Virus record (IMG/VR): IMGVR_UViG_3300032236_001850 | Coordinates: 370,510-434,509 of that record | Direction: 5' to 3' (one strand) | Length of the DNA: 64,000 bases | Part shown: piece after piece, positions 8,620 to 19,220 of the stretch | How positions within the stretch are numbered: position 1 is the stretch's first letter | Layout: every line of letters begins with the position of its first letter | The notes under the pieces: generated by a model | Told to the model about the DNA's origin: nothing | The model's database searches: none | What the model saw: only the letters and a program-made list of their open reading frames with translations | Program-made: the position numbers and the translations under genes

Positions 8620-10026
8620 ATGATTATTGATATAGAGAATAAGGGAAGCTACTTAAATGTATCGCACTTCGGCCCTGAAGGAGAACTTGCATTCCTACAC
8701 GTCCCAATACCTGAGGAGGAAAGATTTAATTGGGAAAAATGCAATCCTGGAGATCCTAAGAGGGATAAGGAATGGACAAACTGGAAGGGAGAACCAGTAA
8801 AGAAGGTAAAGACCGAAAGATATGACAAATATCGTATGGCTCAAATCCTAATGGAAGCTCCGGATGAATTAACAAAGCCCTTATGGGAATATCAGGAACC
8901 TAAGAAATACTTCGTCGATATAGAGGTTGAGATAACCGAAGATAAAGCTGCATCACTGGATACTGAGAATGCTAGAAATAGGGTTCTTTCAATAGGTATT
9001 GGAACCGATAAAAGAAAAATATTAATTCTTGGACTCGACCCATTAACACCGGAACAGCAGGGAAGTATTTTTAATAAACTAAACTCATATTTCGAAAAAA
9101 CCGGAGACGAGTGGAGTTTCAAATATAAACAATTTGAAACCGAGTATGATATGATGTACACCTTTTTCCGTGAGCTTGGTCCTAAAATGTCAACCATTAC
9201 TGGATGGAACTGGCTTGGGTATGACTGGCCATATTTGGTTAATAGAGCTAAAAGACTTGGAATAGATCCAAAAATAATATCTCCTGGAAAAACCCTTATT
9301 GGCAAGGGACAATTACCACAGCACCTATTGATGTTTGACTACTTGGAGATTTATAAAAAATGGGACAGAGTTATTAAAATCAAGGAAAGTAATAGACTTG
9401 ATTATGTTGCAGAAAAAGCTGTTGGTTTCAAGAAGATAACTTATGATGGAACACTGAGAGATTTATACCAATCAAATTTTGAAGATTTTATCTACTATAA
9501 TGCTGTCGATTGTGCTCTAGTTCACTATATAGATCAGAAGCTTAAAACCATGCAAACTTTCTTTAAGATTGCGATGATATCTGGTGTTGAAATAAATAGA
9601 TGTCTTTCTCCTGTTTGGTCCACTGAGGTTCTTATGATGAAGAAATTTCTGGAAAGAAAACAGGTTCTTACCGCTGAGAAAAAAGAGGAGGTTCATGTTA
9701 AATTTGCTGGTGGATACGTTAAAGATCCTATAAAGGGATTGCATGGTTGGGTAGCATGTTACGATTTTGCTTCGCTATATCCTAATACAATGGTACAGTG
9801 GGGAATTTCACCTGAATCTTATAAAGGAAAAAATCTATTGAATCCTAAGGAAGCTTGGATAAAATGTGCTTCCGGTGCATACTTTGGAAATGATGACGAT
9901 AACCCAATATTAAAAATAATAATCAAGGATTTATATTCCAGAAGAAGAAAAACTAAGGATAAAATGCTTGAATTAGAGCTAGAAATTGATGCTTTGAAAA
10001 AAGAATTGGCCAAGGCGAAAAATTAA
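8620..10026 (+). CDS. Family-B DNA polymerase, N-terminal half (3'-5' exonuclease plus motif A)
   Basis: ExoI DIEV, ExoII GWNWLGYD, ExoIII YNAVD, motif A YDFASLYP; stops in the fingers helix. Confidence 0.9.
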   Translation: MIIDIENKGSYLNVSHFGPEGELAFLHVPIPEEERFNWEKCNPGDPKRDKEWTNWKGEPVKKVKTERYDKYRMAQILMEAPDELTKPLWEYQEPKKYFVDIEVEITEDKAASLDTENARNRVLSIGIGTDKRKILILGLDPLTPEQQGSIFNKLNSYFEKTGDEWSFKYKQFETEYDMMYTFFRELGPKMSTITGWNWLGYDWPYLVNRAKRLGIDPKIISPGKTLIGKGQLPQHLLMFDYLEIYKKWDRVIKIKESNRLDYVAEKAVGFKKITYDGTLRDLYQSNFEDFIYYNAVDCALVHYIDQKLKTMQTFFKIAMISGVEINRCLSPVWSTEVLMMKKFLERKQVLTAEKKEEVHVKFAGGYVKDPIKGLHGWVACYDFASLYPNTMVQWGISPESYKGKNLLNPKEAWIKCASGAYFGNDDDNPILKIIIKDLYSRRRKTKDKMLELELEIDALKKELAKAKN

Positions 10027-10028
10027 CG

Positions 10029-10094
10029 TATTAGTCTCGGTAGATCTGAATCTGGGTTGATATATAAAATCCAAGAGCGATCTAGAGTCTAGTA
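10029..10094 (+). other. Long imperfect hairpin with GATATATAA in the loop
   Basis: TATTAG/CTAGTA, CTC/GAG, TAGATC/GATCTA, TCT/AGA, GGGTT/AATCC arms. Confidence 0.6.
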
Positions 10095-10127
10095 ATAAGA
10101 TTATGAAATTAACAAAAATTAAATAAA

Positions 10128-10595
10128 ATGGCTAACATTGACAACAGTTGCTCAGAGTTAAATATCGAGGATCTTTATTCAAAAAGTAGTGACACTCTTG
10201 GGGACATACTGAATTTACAAGCAGACACGCAAAGGAATGTTTATAATTATAACTTCGATGAAATGAATCTTCGAGAAGTTATGGAATTTTGGCATATGAA
10301 CACTCATGCAATGATAGATGAGATTCATGAAGCAACAGATGCTCTTGGCGGAATTAAGGATGGCAACGGTAATGCGATTTGGAAAAAATGGAAACAAGCT
10401 TATGATACCTACGGGTCTAAAAAATTCTCAGACCTATCACCAAGCGATCAACTTGAATGTAAATTCGAGGTTATAGATATGCTTCATTTTTTCATGAATT
10501 ATGCAATATCTATAGGTATGACACCATCTGAAATGTACAATATGTACATGAGTAAAAACCTGGAAAACAGGAGAAGACAACAAAATAATTATTAA
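10128..10595 (+). CDS. Dimeric all-alpha dUTPase/dCTPase (T4 gp56/MazG-like)
   Basis: [27 protein letters not shown]. Confidence 0.85.
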   Translation: MANIDNSCSELNIEDLYSKSSDTLGDILNLQADTQRNVYNYNFDEMNLREVMEFWHMNTHAMIDEIHEATDALGGIKDGNGNAIWKKWKQAYDTYGSKKFSDLSPSDQLECKFEVIDMLHFFMNYAISIGMTPSEMYNMYMSKNLENRRRQQNNY

Positions 10596-10609
10596 AAAAA
10601 ATTAAAAAA

Positions 10610-11593
10610 ATGGAAGGAAGATACTCTTTACCAGAACCCATTCTGACTAATAACCCAGGCAGGTTCGTTATTTTTCCTATTGAGCACCATGATATATGGA
10701 AGCGATATAAGGAACAAGAAGCATGTATATGGACGGCGGAAGAAATAGATCTTTCTGCTGATCTTAACGATTGGAGAAATAAACTAAATGACGATGAGAG
10801 ATATTTCATCAAAAACGTCTTAGCTTTTTTTGCTGCATCGGATGGAATAGTTAATGAAAATTTAGCTGAGAATTTTGTGGCTGAAGTTCAATATGCAGAA
10901 GCAAAGTTTTTCTATGGCTTCCAAATCATGATGGAGAATATACACTCTGAAACATATTCATTGCTTATAGACACCTACATACAAGATCCAGCGGAAAAGG
11001 ATAGACTTTTTAATGCTATAGAAACAATACCAGCTGTTAAGAAAAAAGCTGAGTGGGCATTAAATTGGATATCAAATGCTAGCTTCCAAGAGAGACTTAT
11101 TGCTTTTGCTGCTGTGGAAGGTATATTTTTTAGTGGATCCTTTTGTTCCATTTTCTGGATGAAAAAAAGAGGTCTTTTACCTGGTTTATGTTTCTCTAAT
11201 GAGATGATTTCTAGAGATGAAGGTATGCACTGTGATTTTGCGGTACTGTTACACAACGAACATTTAGCTAACAAAGTTTCTGAAGAAAGAATAAAGGAAA
11301 TAATCACAAGCGCATTAGATATAGAAAAAGAATTTATAACTGAATCTTTACCTGTTAGATTGATTGGTATGAATCAGGATCTTATGAAACAATATCTTGA
11401 ATTTGTTGCTGATAGATTACTTGTTGATCTTGGTTGTTCAAAAGTTTATAATTCGACATGTCCATTCGATTTCATGGAGAATATAGCTTTACAAGGTAAA
11501 ACTAATTTCTTTGAAAAAAGAACTGGTGATTACCAAAAATCTGGAATAATGAATAAGAATTCAGATACGTTCGAGATGAATGATGACTTTTAA
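10610..11593 (+). CDS. nrdB: Ribonucleotide reductase class Ia beta subunit
   Basis: [35 protein letters not shown]. Confidence 0.95.
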   Translation: MEGRYSLPEPILTNNPGRFVIFPIEHHDIWKRYKEQEACIWTAEEIDLSADLNDWRNKLNDDERYFIKNVLAFFAASDGIVNENLAENFVAEVQYAEAKFFYGFQIMMENIHSETYSLLIDTYIQDPAEKDRLFNAIETIPAVKKKAEWALNWISNASFQERLIAFAAVEGIFFSGSFCSIFWMKKRGLLPGLCFSNEMISRDEGMHCDFAVLLHNEHLANKVSEERIKEIITSALDIEKEFITESLPVRLIGMNQDLMKQYLEFVADRLLVDLGCSKVYNSTCPFDFMENIALQGKTNFFEKRTGDYQKSGIMNKNSDTFEMNDDF

Positions 11594-11615
11594 AAATAAA
11601 AAATTAACTTAAAAT

Positions 11616-14108
11616 ATGTTTGTAACCAAAAGAGATGGCTCGAGAGAAGCTGTTAGATTTGAAAAAATATCGAATAGAATAAGAAAAATGACGTATGGTT
11701 TAAATACTGATTACGTCGATGCAATGGAAGTGGCTCAGAAGGTTATTGCTGGAATTTACGATGGTATATCAACACAGGAGCTTGATAACCTTACAGCAGA
11801 AACTGCAGCTTCCCTTATTCCTAGACATCCTGACTATTCCATATTGGCTTCCAGAATAGCGGTATCGAGACTACATAAAACAACTAAGAAAAAATTCTCA
11901 GAAACAATACAGGATCTTTATGATTACATAGATCCAGAAACAAATCAACCTGCTGGTTTGATCAACGATCTTACTTATGAGGTTGTGATGAAAAATAAAC
12001 AGAAACTTGACGGAGCAATTATACATGAAAGGGATTTCGATTTTGAATATTTTGGCTTTAGAACACTTGAGAAAAGTTATCTGTTAAAAACCAATGGACA
12101 AGTTTGCGAATCACCGCAGCACATGTACATGCGTGTAGCCGCGGGAATATGGGGTGATGATATAAAGAGTGTTATTAAAACTTACGAGCTTTTATCAACA
12201 CATATGATGACTCATGCTACTCCTACGTTATTTAATGCAGGTACCAAGAAACCTCAGTTATCGTCATGTTTCTTATTAATGATGTCAGATGATTCTATTC
12301 CTGGTATTTATAAAACCCTTTCTGACGTTGCAATCATATCACAAAATGCTGGTGGTATCGGTCTTGCTATACATAACGTGAGAGGAACTGGTTCCTATAT
12401 TAGAGGAACTAACGGTACTTCCAATGGAATAGTTCCAATGCTTAAGGTGTTTAATGAAACTGCTAGATATGTTGATCAGGGCGGAGGTAAAAGAAAGGGA
12501 TCTTTTGCCATCTATGTTGAGCCTTGGCATTCAGATATTGAAGATTTTATAGAGCTTAGAAAAAATCACGGTAAGGAAGAATTCAGAGCTAGAGATCTTT
12601 TCTTAGCTTTATGGACACCTGATTTATTCATGAAAAGAGTTGAGGAGGATAAAGATTGGAGCTTATTTTCTCCTTCTGAAGTTCCTGGTCTTTGGGAGTT
12701 ATATGGCGATGAATTTGAAGCTGCCTATGAGGCTGCAGAAGCTGCAGGTAAAGCTAAAAAAGTAATTAAGGCTAGAGAGCTTTGGTCTAGAATATTGGAT
12801 GCACAAATTGAAAATGGAACACCTTATATGCTTTATAAGGATGCTGCAAATAAAAAATCAAATCAAAAGAATCTTGGTACAATAAAGAGTTCAAATTTAT
12901 GTACCGAGATTATGGAATATACTGATAAGGATGAACAAGCAGTTTGTAATCTTGCTTCTATACCAGTTAATAAATTTCTTAAATCCACTGACAATAGAAC
13001 AGCAAAAATAACCAGAGGAAGATGTGAAGTTGACCATCAAGCTCTTTATGATGTTTCATATCAAACAACTCTAAATCTTAATAAGGTAATAGATGTTAAT
13101 TATTATCCCACAGCAGAAACTAAAAAATCAAATTTAAGACACAGACCTATAGGTATAGGTATTCAAGGACTTGCTGATTTATTTGCAATTATAGGTATTC
13201 CTTTCGCTTCTCCTGAAGCTAAAAGAATAAACGAAGAAGTATTTGAAACCATATATTTTGCTGCAATGAGTGCTTCTGTTGCACTTGCTAAGAAGGATGG
13301 AGCTTATGAAACTTTCCAAGGTTCACCTCTATCTAATGGTGAATTTCAATTTAATTTATGGGGATTCAATGACGAACAGTTGTCGGGAAGATGGGATTGG
13401 TCTAAACTTAGAAAGGATGTAATGAAAAATGGAGCTAGAAATTCATTATTACTAGCACCTATGCCAACAGCTTCAACAGCTCAGATTATGGGTAACAATG
13501 AAGCTTTCGAACCATTCACCTCGAATATATACACTAGAAGAACTCTAAGTGGTGAATTTATAGTCATAAACAAACACCTTGTGAAGGATCTTATTTCTCT
13601 AGGTTTATGGAGTGAAGATATGAAAAATCTTATAGTTCTAAATAAAGGATCTGTTCAGAATATAGAACAAATTCCTGAAAGTTTGCGTGAGGTTTATAGA
13701 ACAGTTTGGGAAATAAAGCAGAAAGATCTTATAGATATGTCAGCAGGAAGAGGTAAATTTATATGTCAATCACAGTCTCTCAATTTATTTATAGAAAATG
13801 TGAATTCAGCTAAATTGACTTCTGCGCATTTTTATTCATGGAAAGCAGGACTTAAAACAGGAATGTACTATCTAAGAACTAAAGCAGCAGTTGATGCTCA
13901 AGCAGGTCTTGGTATAGATATGGAGAAGGCTAAGAAAGCTATGAAGGAATCAAAAGAAATTAAGATAACTCCAGAACCAGTAAACACACCAAATGTTTTG
14001 GTTAACGGTATGACTAGCGAAGAACTTAGTAAAGCTGCTGAAGATGTACTTTCCGGTGTTGCTTGCAGTCTTGACGATCCGGAAGGATGCGAAATGTGCG
14101 GCTCCTAA
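11616..14108 (+). CDS. nrdA: Ribonucleotide reductase class Ia alpha subunit with ATP cone
   Basis: VTKRDG ATP cone, SSCF, SNLCTE, C-terminal CEMCGS. Confidence 0.95.
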   Translation: MFVTKRDGSREAVRFEKISNRIRKMTYGLNTDYVDAMEVAQKVIAGIYDGISTQELDNLTAETAASLIPRHPDYSILASRIAVSRLHKTTKKKFSETIQDLYDYIDPETNQPAGLINDLTYEVVMKNKQKLDGAIIHERDFDFEYFGFRTLEKSYLLKTNGQVCESPQHMYMRVAAGIWGDDIKSVIKTYELLSTHMMTHATPTLFNAGTKKPQLSSCFLLMMSDDSIPGIYKTLSDVAIISQNAGGIGLAIHNVRGTGSYIRGTNGTSNGIVPMLKVFNETARYVDQGGGKRKGSFAIYVEPWHSDIEDFIELRKNHGKEEFRARDLFLALWTPDLFMKRVEEDKDWSLFSPSEVPGLWELYGDEFEAAYEAAEAAGKAKKVIKARELWSRILDAQIENGTPYMLYKDAANKKSNQKNLGTIKSSNLCTEIMEYTDKDEQAVCNLASIPVNKFLKSTDNRTAKITRGRCEVDHQALYDVSYQTTLNLNKVIDVNYYPTAETKKSNLRHRPIGIGIQGLADLFAIIGIPFASPEAKRINEEVFETIYFAAMSASVALAKKDGAYETFQGSPLSNGEFQFNLWGFNDEQLSGRWDWSKLRKDVMKNGARNSLLLAPMPTASTAQIMGNNEAFEPFTSNIYTRRTLSGEFIVINKHLVKDLISLGLWSEDMKNLIVLNKGSVQNIEQIPESLREVYRTVWEIKQKDLIDMSAGRGKFICQSQSLNLFIENVNSAKLTSAHFYSWKAGLKTGMYYLRTKAAVDAQAGLGIDMEKAKKAMKESKEIKITPEPVNTPNVLVNGMTSEELSKAAEDVLSGVACSLDDPEGCEMCGS

Positions 14109-14122
14109 AAAAATAAATTGTA

Positions 14123-14791
14123 ATGGAAAACAACAAATGGTTTAATGACGATGTCATAAAAAAATTCGATGAATTTTTAAACGAGAGAGAATTACCAGAT
14201 TCTCAGGGGGATGTACTAGTTATGCTAGGAGCTCCTGGCTCCGGTAAAGGAACACTTTCAAAACAGCTGAATGAAAAATTTGGGATAAATCATATATCAA
14301 CTGGTGATCTAATAAGAAAATCCGATGATCCTGAATTGAAGAAAATAGTTGAGTCAGGAAAGTTCATATCCGATGAAATGATGCTTAAAATGCTAAGAAA
14401 AGAGCTAAAAAAGCTTGATCTTAATAAAGGTATAATTTTTGATGGATATCCAAGAACAATAAAACAAGCGAGAAAGCTTGATTCGTTATTGGGTAAATTG
14501 GGTCTTGGTTTAAATCATGCTATATTTATGGATCTTCCGGAGGATAAGGCTAAGGAGAGAATAAGAAATAGAGCTAAGAAGGAGGGAAGAAAGGATGATG
14601 CAAGTGATGAGGTTATAGATAAAAGATTTGCCGAATATCACGAGAAAACTTTTCCTCTTGTTGATTTTTACAAGAAAAGCAGAAAATTAATAAAAATTGA
14701 TGCTGATCTTGGTATGGAAGGAGTTCTTAAATCCATAGTTAAAAAGTTGGGTCTTAAAAAACCTAAAAAGAATAGAGATGAAAAAATCTAG
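14123..14791 (+). CDS. adk: Adenylate kinase with CTS-like N-terminal extension
   Basis: GAPGSGKGT, HISTGDLIR, DGYPRT, RKDD; leader IKKFDEFLNE. Confidence 0.9.
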   Translation: MENNKWFNDDVIKKFDEFLNERELPDSQGDVLVMLGAPGSGKGTLSKQLNEKFGINHISTGDLIRKSDDPELKKIVESGKFISDEMMLKMLRKELKKLDLNKGIIFDGYPRTIKQARKLDSLLGKLGLGLNHAIFMDLPEDKAKERIRNRAKKEGRKDDASDEVIDKRFAEYHEKTFPLVDFYKKSRKLIKIDADLGMEGVLKSIVKKLGLKKPKKNRDEKI

Positions 14792-15431
14792 TGAAGATTT
14801 TGTAAAATCGATAAAGGAAAAAGTAAATCAACAAAAGAATATAGAAATAATCCAGAGAAATCTACTACATGATTCTCTGGATTATTTTTCTTCTGTGATT
14901 CTACAGGATGGTGAAATAGAGATAAGAAGTTGCAAGAAATTTGATTCTGGTGAAATGAATTGTTTTCTTAATCTCTACAGCGAACATGATTCTATACCAG
15001 ATCAGATAGATTCAATATTACATAAAAACAATCTTGAATTCAAAAATTTAAGACTGGATGAAAGAAAATTGATATATTGTGTTAATTTTGGAAATAATAT
15101 ATTGTCCTCAGCACATAACGACAACTGGATATTTTTAGAATTTTATTTAAAAGGTAAACATATATTCGAATGTAAAATTTCCTCTAAATTGGGATCGATT
15201 GATTATTCTCTATATGATAGTAAATATTTTAATATAAAATTCTGGGTGTTTGACGGTGAATCATTTAATAAATATGAAATTCCTCTAATAAATATAAACA
15301 GAAATAAAAGAGGAATAACAAGATCACTCGATGAAAAGTATTCTGCTTCTATAAAATTTGATCAAATAGGTGAGGTTGAATCCATAAAAGTTACTAAAAA
15401 AAGGGAGCAAAACCAAACAACTAAGCTATAA
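14778..15431 (+). CDS. Hypothetical protein
   Basis: 217-aa ORF in operon. Confidence 0.5.
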   Translation: MKKSSEDFVKSIKEKVNQQKNIEIIQRNLLHDSLDYFSSVILQDGEIEIRSCKKFDSGEMNCFLNLYSEHDSIPDQIDSILHKNNLEFKNLRLDERKLIYCVNFGNNILSSAHNDNWIFLEFYLKGKHIFECKISSKLGSIDYSLYDSKYFNIKFWVFDGESFNKYEIPLININRNKRGITRSLDEKYSASIKFDQIGEVESIKVTKKREQNQTTKL

Positions 15432-15447
15432 TATTAAAAAGCTTTAA

Positions 15448-16716
15448 ATGAGTACTAAAAATAAAAAGAAACAGAAAAAAGTAGCATCACCTATTAGTAT
15501 CCCTAGGCCAATCCCCAATAACGTTCAAGTTATAGATCTTTGTTTGGTTATGATTGTTAAAGACGAGGAAGACACCATGGAAAGATGTCTTAGAGCAGTT
15601 GCTCCTTATATTAAATATTGGGTGATTGTTGATACAGGTTCCAAAGATAAAACCATAGAGGTAATAAATAAAACGATGGAATCTTTGGGTATTCCTGGAG
15701 AACTTCACGAAAGACCTTGGGTAAACTTTGAAGTTAATAGAACGGAAAGTTTAAATCTAGCTAAAGGAAAATGTGATTATAGATGGATAATAGATGCGGA
15801 TGATACATTCATACCTGAAAATCCAAACATTAATCCATTTGCTGGTCTTGATAAAGGCCCTGATTGTTACCAGGTATTATATAAATTGAATAATCTTCAA
15901 TACCACAGAGCCCAAATAGTTAAATCTGACCAAAATTGGGTTTATAAAGGTGTACTGCACGAGTATCTTCATTTGGAAGATAATAGAGGTGAAATATTTC
16001 AGGGACAGATACCAAATGCTTTTGTTATAGCTGATATCTCGCCTCTTAAAAGAGCTGCTTCACTTGAGGAAAAATATGCAAATGATGCAAAAATACTTGA
16101 AAAAGCACTTATTGATGAGCCTAATAATGAGAGATATATGTTTTATCTAGCTCAGAGTTATAGAGATTCTGATCAGCTTGAAAAATCTATAGAGGCATAC
16201 GGCAAAAGAATTGATATGGGTGGATGGGAAGAGGAGGTTTATTATTCCATGTATATGATTGCTAAAATGAGAGAAAAGATGGGTGCGCCGATAGAGGAAG
16301 TTGCTAATCTTTATTCCAGAGCATGGGAATATAGACCTTCTAGATTAGAAGCAGTTTTCCACACTATGAGAAAATATCGGGAACAGAAAAGATTTCTGAT
16401 TGCATTTGCATATGGTGATGTCGCTATAAAAACAAGAGGAACCCAGGATATACTTTTTATCGAGGCTGAGATATGGCAATGGAGATTGCTCGATGAATAC
16501 TCTTTAGCTGCACATTATATCGGAAATCCAGAAATAGCATTGGAAAAAACAAATGCCATTATAACTGCTCCGTTTTTCAAAACCCTTCCTATGGATGAGC
16601 AAAATAGATTAAATAAAAACATGGATTTTTATAGAAAAGCTGCACAGGAAAAAGCTAAACAGGTACAACTTGCAAACATGAATGCTAAACCACAACCTAA
16701 GAATAGAAAAAAGTAA
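15448..16716 (+). CDS. GT2 glycosyltransferase with TPR repeats
   Basis: MIVKDE, VDTGS, DADD, GVLHE; TPR FYLAQSY. Confidence 0.85.
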   Translation: MSTKNKKKQKKVASPISIPRPIPNNVQVIDLCLVMIVKDEEDTMERCLRAVAPYIKYWVIVDTGSKDKTIEVINKTMESLGIPGELHERPWVNFEVNRTESLNLAKGKCDYRWIIDADDTFIPENPNINPFAGLDKGPDCYQVLYKLNNLQYHRAQIVKSDQNWVYKGVLHEYLHLEDNRGEIFQGQIPNAFVIADISPLKRAASLEEKYANDAKILEKALIDEPNNERYMFYLAQSYRDSDQLEKSIEAYGKRIDMGGWEEEVYYSMYMIAKMREKMGAPIEEVANLYSRAWEYRPSRLEAVFHTMRKYREQKRFLIAFAYGDVAIKTRGTQDILFIEAEIWQWRLLDEYSLAAHYIGNPEIALEKTNAIITAPFFKTLPMDEQNRLNKNMDFYRKAAQEKAKQVQLANMNAKPQPKNRKK

Positions 16717-16756
16717 TCTAATTACTGGATATATACTATAAAAATTAGGAAGTAAA

Positions 16757-17290
16757 ATGAGACACCTTTTGGAATTTGAATCTTATGAAGGCTTAGATGA
16801 AGCTGGAATACCAATATATAATGCTGATGACTTTAGAAGGAGTCCTTCCAGTGAACCTGAGGATGAGGTATCAACCACTAAAATCTTCTCCTATATAAAG
16901 GATCTATTGGAACAACAAAAAGCTGGACAGATAGAAGAAATCAGTATGACTGTGGATTTACCATTACAAGGTAAAAAAGCTCCACAACACGTTCTTGATA
17001 CTCTTGACGCTGAAAGAAAAAGAATAGAGAAAGAACAGTATGCTATTAGAGGTAGCAGAACAGAAGCAGCTGATGTTGCTCCTGGTGATAATATCTACGG
17101 TGGTGAAGGTAGAAATCTTTTTGTTGATAGTGAGTATATAGTTACAGGAATCACCAATTTGGATGGAACAGATTACATTATAGGATTACCGGTTTCTAAG
17201 AAAAAAGAAGCTTTTAGTTCCCCTGAATCTATAGCTTATTATTCAACTTTTATAGAACCTAAACAAATAGAAGAAGTTTTTTATTCATAG
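16757..17290 (+). CDS. Hypothetical protein with CTS-like N-terminus
   Basis: MRHLLEFESYEGLDEA; GATATATA at 16728-16735. Confidence 0.6.
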   Translation: MRHLLEFESYEGLDEAGIPIYNADDFRRSPSSEPEDEVSTTKIFSYIKDLLEQQKAGQIEEISMTVDLPLQGKKAPQHVLDTLDAERKRIEKEQYAIRGSRTEAADVAPGDNIYGGEGRNLFVDSEYIVTGITNLDGTDYIIGLPVSKKKEAFSSPESIAYYSTFIEPKQIEEVFYS

Positions 17291-17307
17291 ATAGAAAAAT
17301 ATAAATT

Positions 17308-17338
17308 AAAACCCTCAATTAAACATTGAGGGTTTTTT
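17308..17338 (+). terminator. Rho-independent terminator
   Basis: AAAACCCTCAAT..ATTGAGGGTTTTTT. Confidence 0.8.
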
Positions 17339-17387
17339 ATTGAAATTAATTTTCGAAAAAGCATATAATATTAAACATAAAATTAAA

Positions 17388-19172
17388 ATGGATAACAAAA
17401 AGGTCAATAAAACTATAGAGGTACTTACTGATTTTGAGCATATCATTAAAAGACCAACGATGTATGTTGGATCTGTTAAGAAGAGTGAGGAAACATTACC
17501 CATAATAGGCGACGGCTTCATTAAGGCTGTAAATAAGGAACATTCCATCGGGATGTATAAATTGTTTGATGAAGTGTTTGCAAATTCAGTAGACGAAGCG
17601 AAAAGGATGTCTACGTCAATGAAGACGATCATCGTTGAAGTCGATAGCAAGGAAAATCTTGTTTCCATAACTGACACCGGTGATGGGTTCACTAACGGAT
17701 CAACAATAAACAAAAAGAGTAAGTTAACTAATATAGAGACGGCTGTTTCGATGCTTAGAGCAGGTTCTAATTTTGATAATGACGATATAGCGGAATCTAT
17801 AGTTGGTACAAATGGTATGGGTGTATCTCTAGTTAATGCTTTATCGAATATGTTTGAGATAGAAACAACAAATGCTAATGAAACGTATTTGCAAACCTGG
17901 ACATCTTTTAAATCCAATAAAGCAACAATAACACCGAAGAAGAAGGGCACAAAAACAGGAACGAGAGTTTCTTTTATACCGAATTCATCAGTCTTTGACA
18001 ATTCAAAGTGGGACTATTCAACCATAATATCGTATCTTTGTTTGAAAAAGAGAGTTCTAGAAACTGAGGAAAAAACTGCATCTCTGAAGATCGAGTTTAT
18101 CTGGAATGGTAAGAGTGAAATTATAGAATCTGGACTTAAGCCAGATTGGTCTGCAAAAGCAAATATTGGTGAAATTCTAATCTGGGAAAAAAGACCAGAA
18201 TCCGGAACCTTTTCTTTTGTTAATAGTGCACTTTGTACCGGGATACACCAAAAGATAATACAAGATAAAATAAACATAGAACTGGATGACACACTAGGTC
18301 ATCATTTTTATGATACACTAATTATCCTAAATATGTCACCAAGTATAGTTAGATTTGGTGATCAGAATAAAACTAAATTTGTTTCTAAGAGGGAGGAAGT
18401 TGAACCGACCATAATGAGACACTTCGATTCTGTTCTGAATAAATTCTTTAAAAGTGACGTTTACAAGAAAATTAAAAAATCCGTTGACGATAGGAGAAAG
18501 GAATCTGAATTAAAGAAAATTAGGAAAGAAAAGAAAGGTATTAGAATCAAGAATTCGAATAAGTACTTTCCACCAACAGCAATGAGAGCTGAAAATCTTT
18601 TTATAGTTGAAGGTTTAAGTGCAATGGGATCAATATTACAAAAAAGAGATCCTAAAAAGGATGGTGTTTATGCACTTAAGGGTAAGATAAAAAATGCTAG
18701 AAGTCTTTCAGATTTATCTGACAATAGAGAAATTCTCGAGCTCATGCAGATATTGAATTTAGATCCTGAAGGTCAGAATTTAACCTGCCCATTTGAAAAA
18801 GTTGTTATAGCTACAGACCAGGATCCGGATGGTGCACATATTACTTCACTTCTGATAAATCTTTTCTATACTTGGTTTCCGTGGATGATCAAACAAAACC
18901 GAATACATTTTCTTGATACCCCGTTAGTAACGGTGGGTGATCGTGTTAAAAAATATTATTATTCTCTTGATGAATTTAAAAAGGCAAAAGGAGACAAAAA
19001 TAATGTTAGGTACCTTAAGGGACTTGGTTCACTATCCTTGGAGGATTGGGATCATGTTATGAGTAATAGAAGAGTTACTGTACTTAGAGAAGATCCAGCC
19101 ACCAAAAAACATTTAGAGATGGCATTCGGAAAGTTATCAAGTGAAAGAAAAAAATGGCTAAGCTCCATGTAA
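17388..19172 (+). CDS. Type II topoisomerase ATPase/TOPRIM subunit (T4 gp39+60-like)
   Basis: RPTMYVGS, EVFANSVDE, GTNGMG, EGLSA, DQDPDG, YLKGLGS; start moved to ATG 17388, downstream of the promoter at 17342-17369. Confidence 0.9.
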   Translation: MDNKKVNKTIEVLTDFEHIIKRPTMYVGSVKKSEETLPIIGDGFIKAVNKEHSIGMYKLFDEVFANSVDEAKRMSTSMKTIIVEVDSKENLVSITDTGDGFTNGSTINKKSKLTNIETAVSMLRAGSNFDNDDIAESIVGTNGMGVSLVNALSNMFEIETTNANETYLQTWTSFKSNKATITPKKKGTKTGTRVSFIPNSSVFDNSKWDYSTIISYLCLKKRVLETEEKTASLKIEFIWNGKSEIIESGLKPDWSAKANIGEILIWEKRPESGTFSFVNSALCTGIHQKIIQDKINIELDDTLGHHFYDTLIILNMSPSIVRFGDQNKTKFVSKREEVEPTIMRHFDSVLNKFFKSDVYKKIKKSVDDRRKESELKKIRKEKKGIRIKNSNKYFPPTAMRAENLFIVEGLSAMGSILQKRDPKKDGVYALKGKIKNARSLSDLSDNREILELMQILNLDPEGQNLTCPFEKVVIATDQDPDGAHITSLLINLFYTWFPWMIKQNRIHFLDTPLVTVGDRVKKYYYSLDEFKKAKGDKNNVRYLKGLGSLSLEDWDHVMSNRRVTVLREDPATKKHLEMAFGKLSSERKKWLSSM

Positions 19173-19175
19173 ATA

Positions 19176-19208
19176 TTTTTTTATATCGAATAAATAATTT
19201 ATATTTGC
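19176..19208 (+). promoter_or_regulatory. Bacteroidota-type promoter (T-tract..CG-N11-TATATTTGC)
   Basis: TAnnTTTG -7 consensus 12 nt before ATG. Confidence 0.7.
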
Positions 19209-19220
19209 ATAAAAAATAAC

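Noticed and set aside
10610-14108. Eukaryotic giant virus origin, suggested by eukaryote-like RNR, Fpg and MBD4
   Set aside because: tmRNA, bacterial terminators and promoters, overlapping operons and T4-like genes indicate a bacteriophage.
15404-15432. Middle-class promoter before the GT2 gene
   Set aside because: TATAAT is present but the upstream element (GGAGC) is a poor match, so it was not counted.
17315-18292. Long antisense ORFs over topoisomerase (and similar ones over pol, nrdB, rnhB)
   Set aside because: Antisense shadows of well-conserved genes with no motifs.
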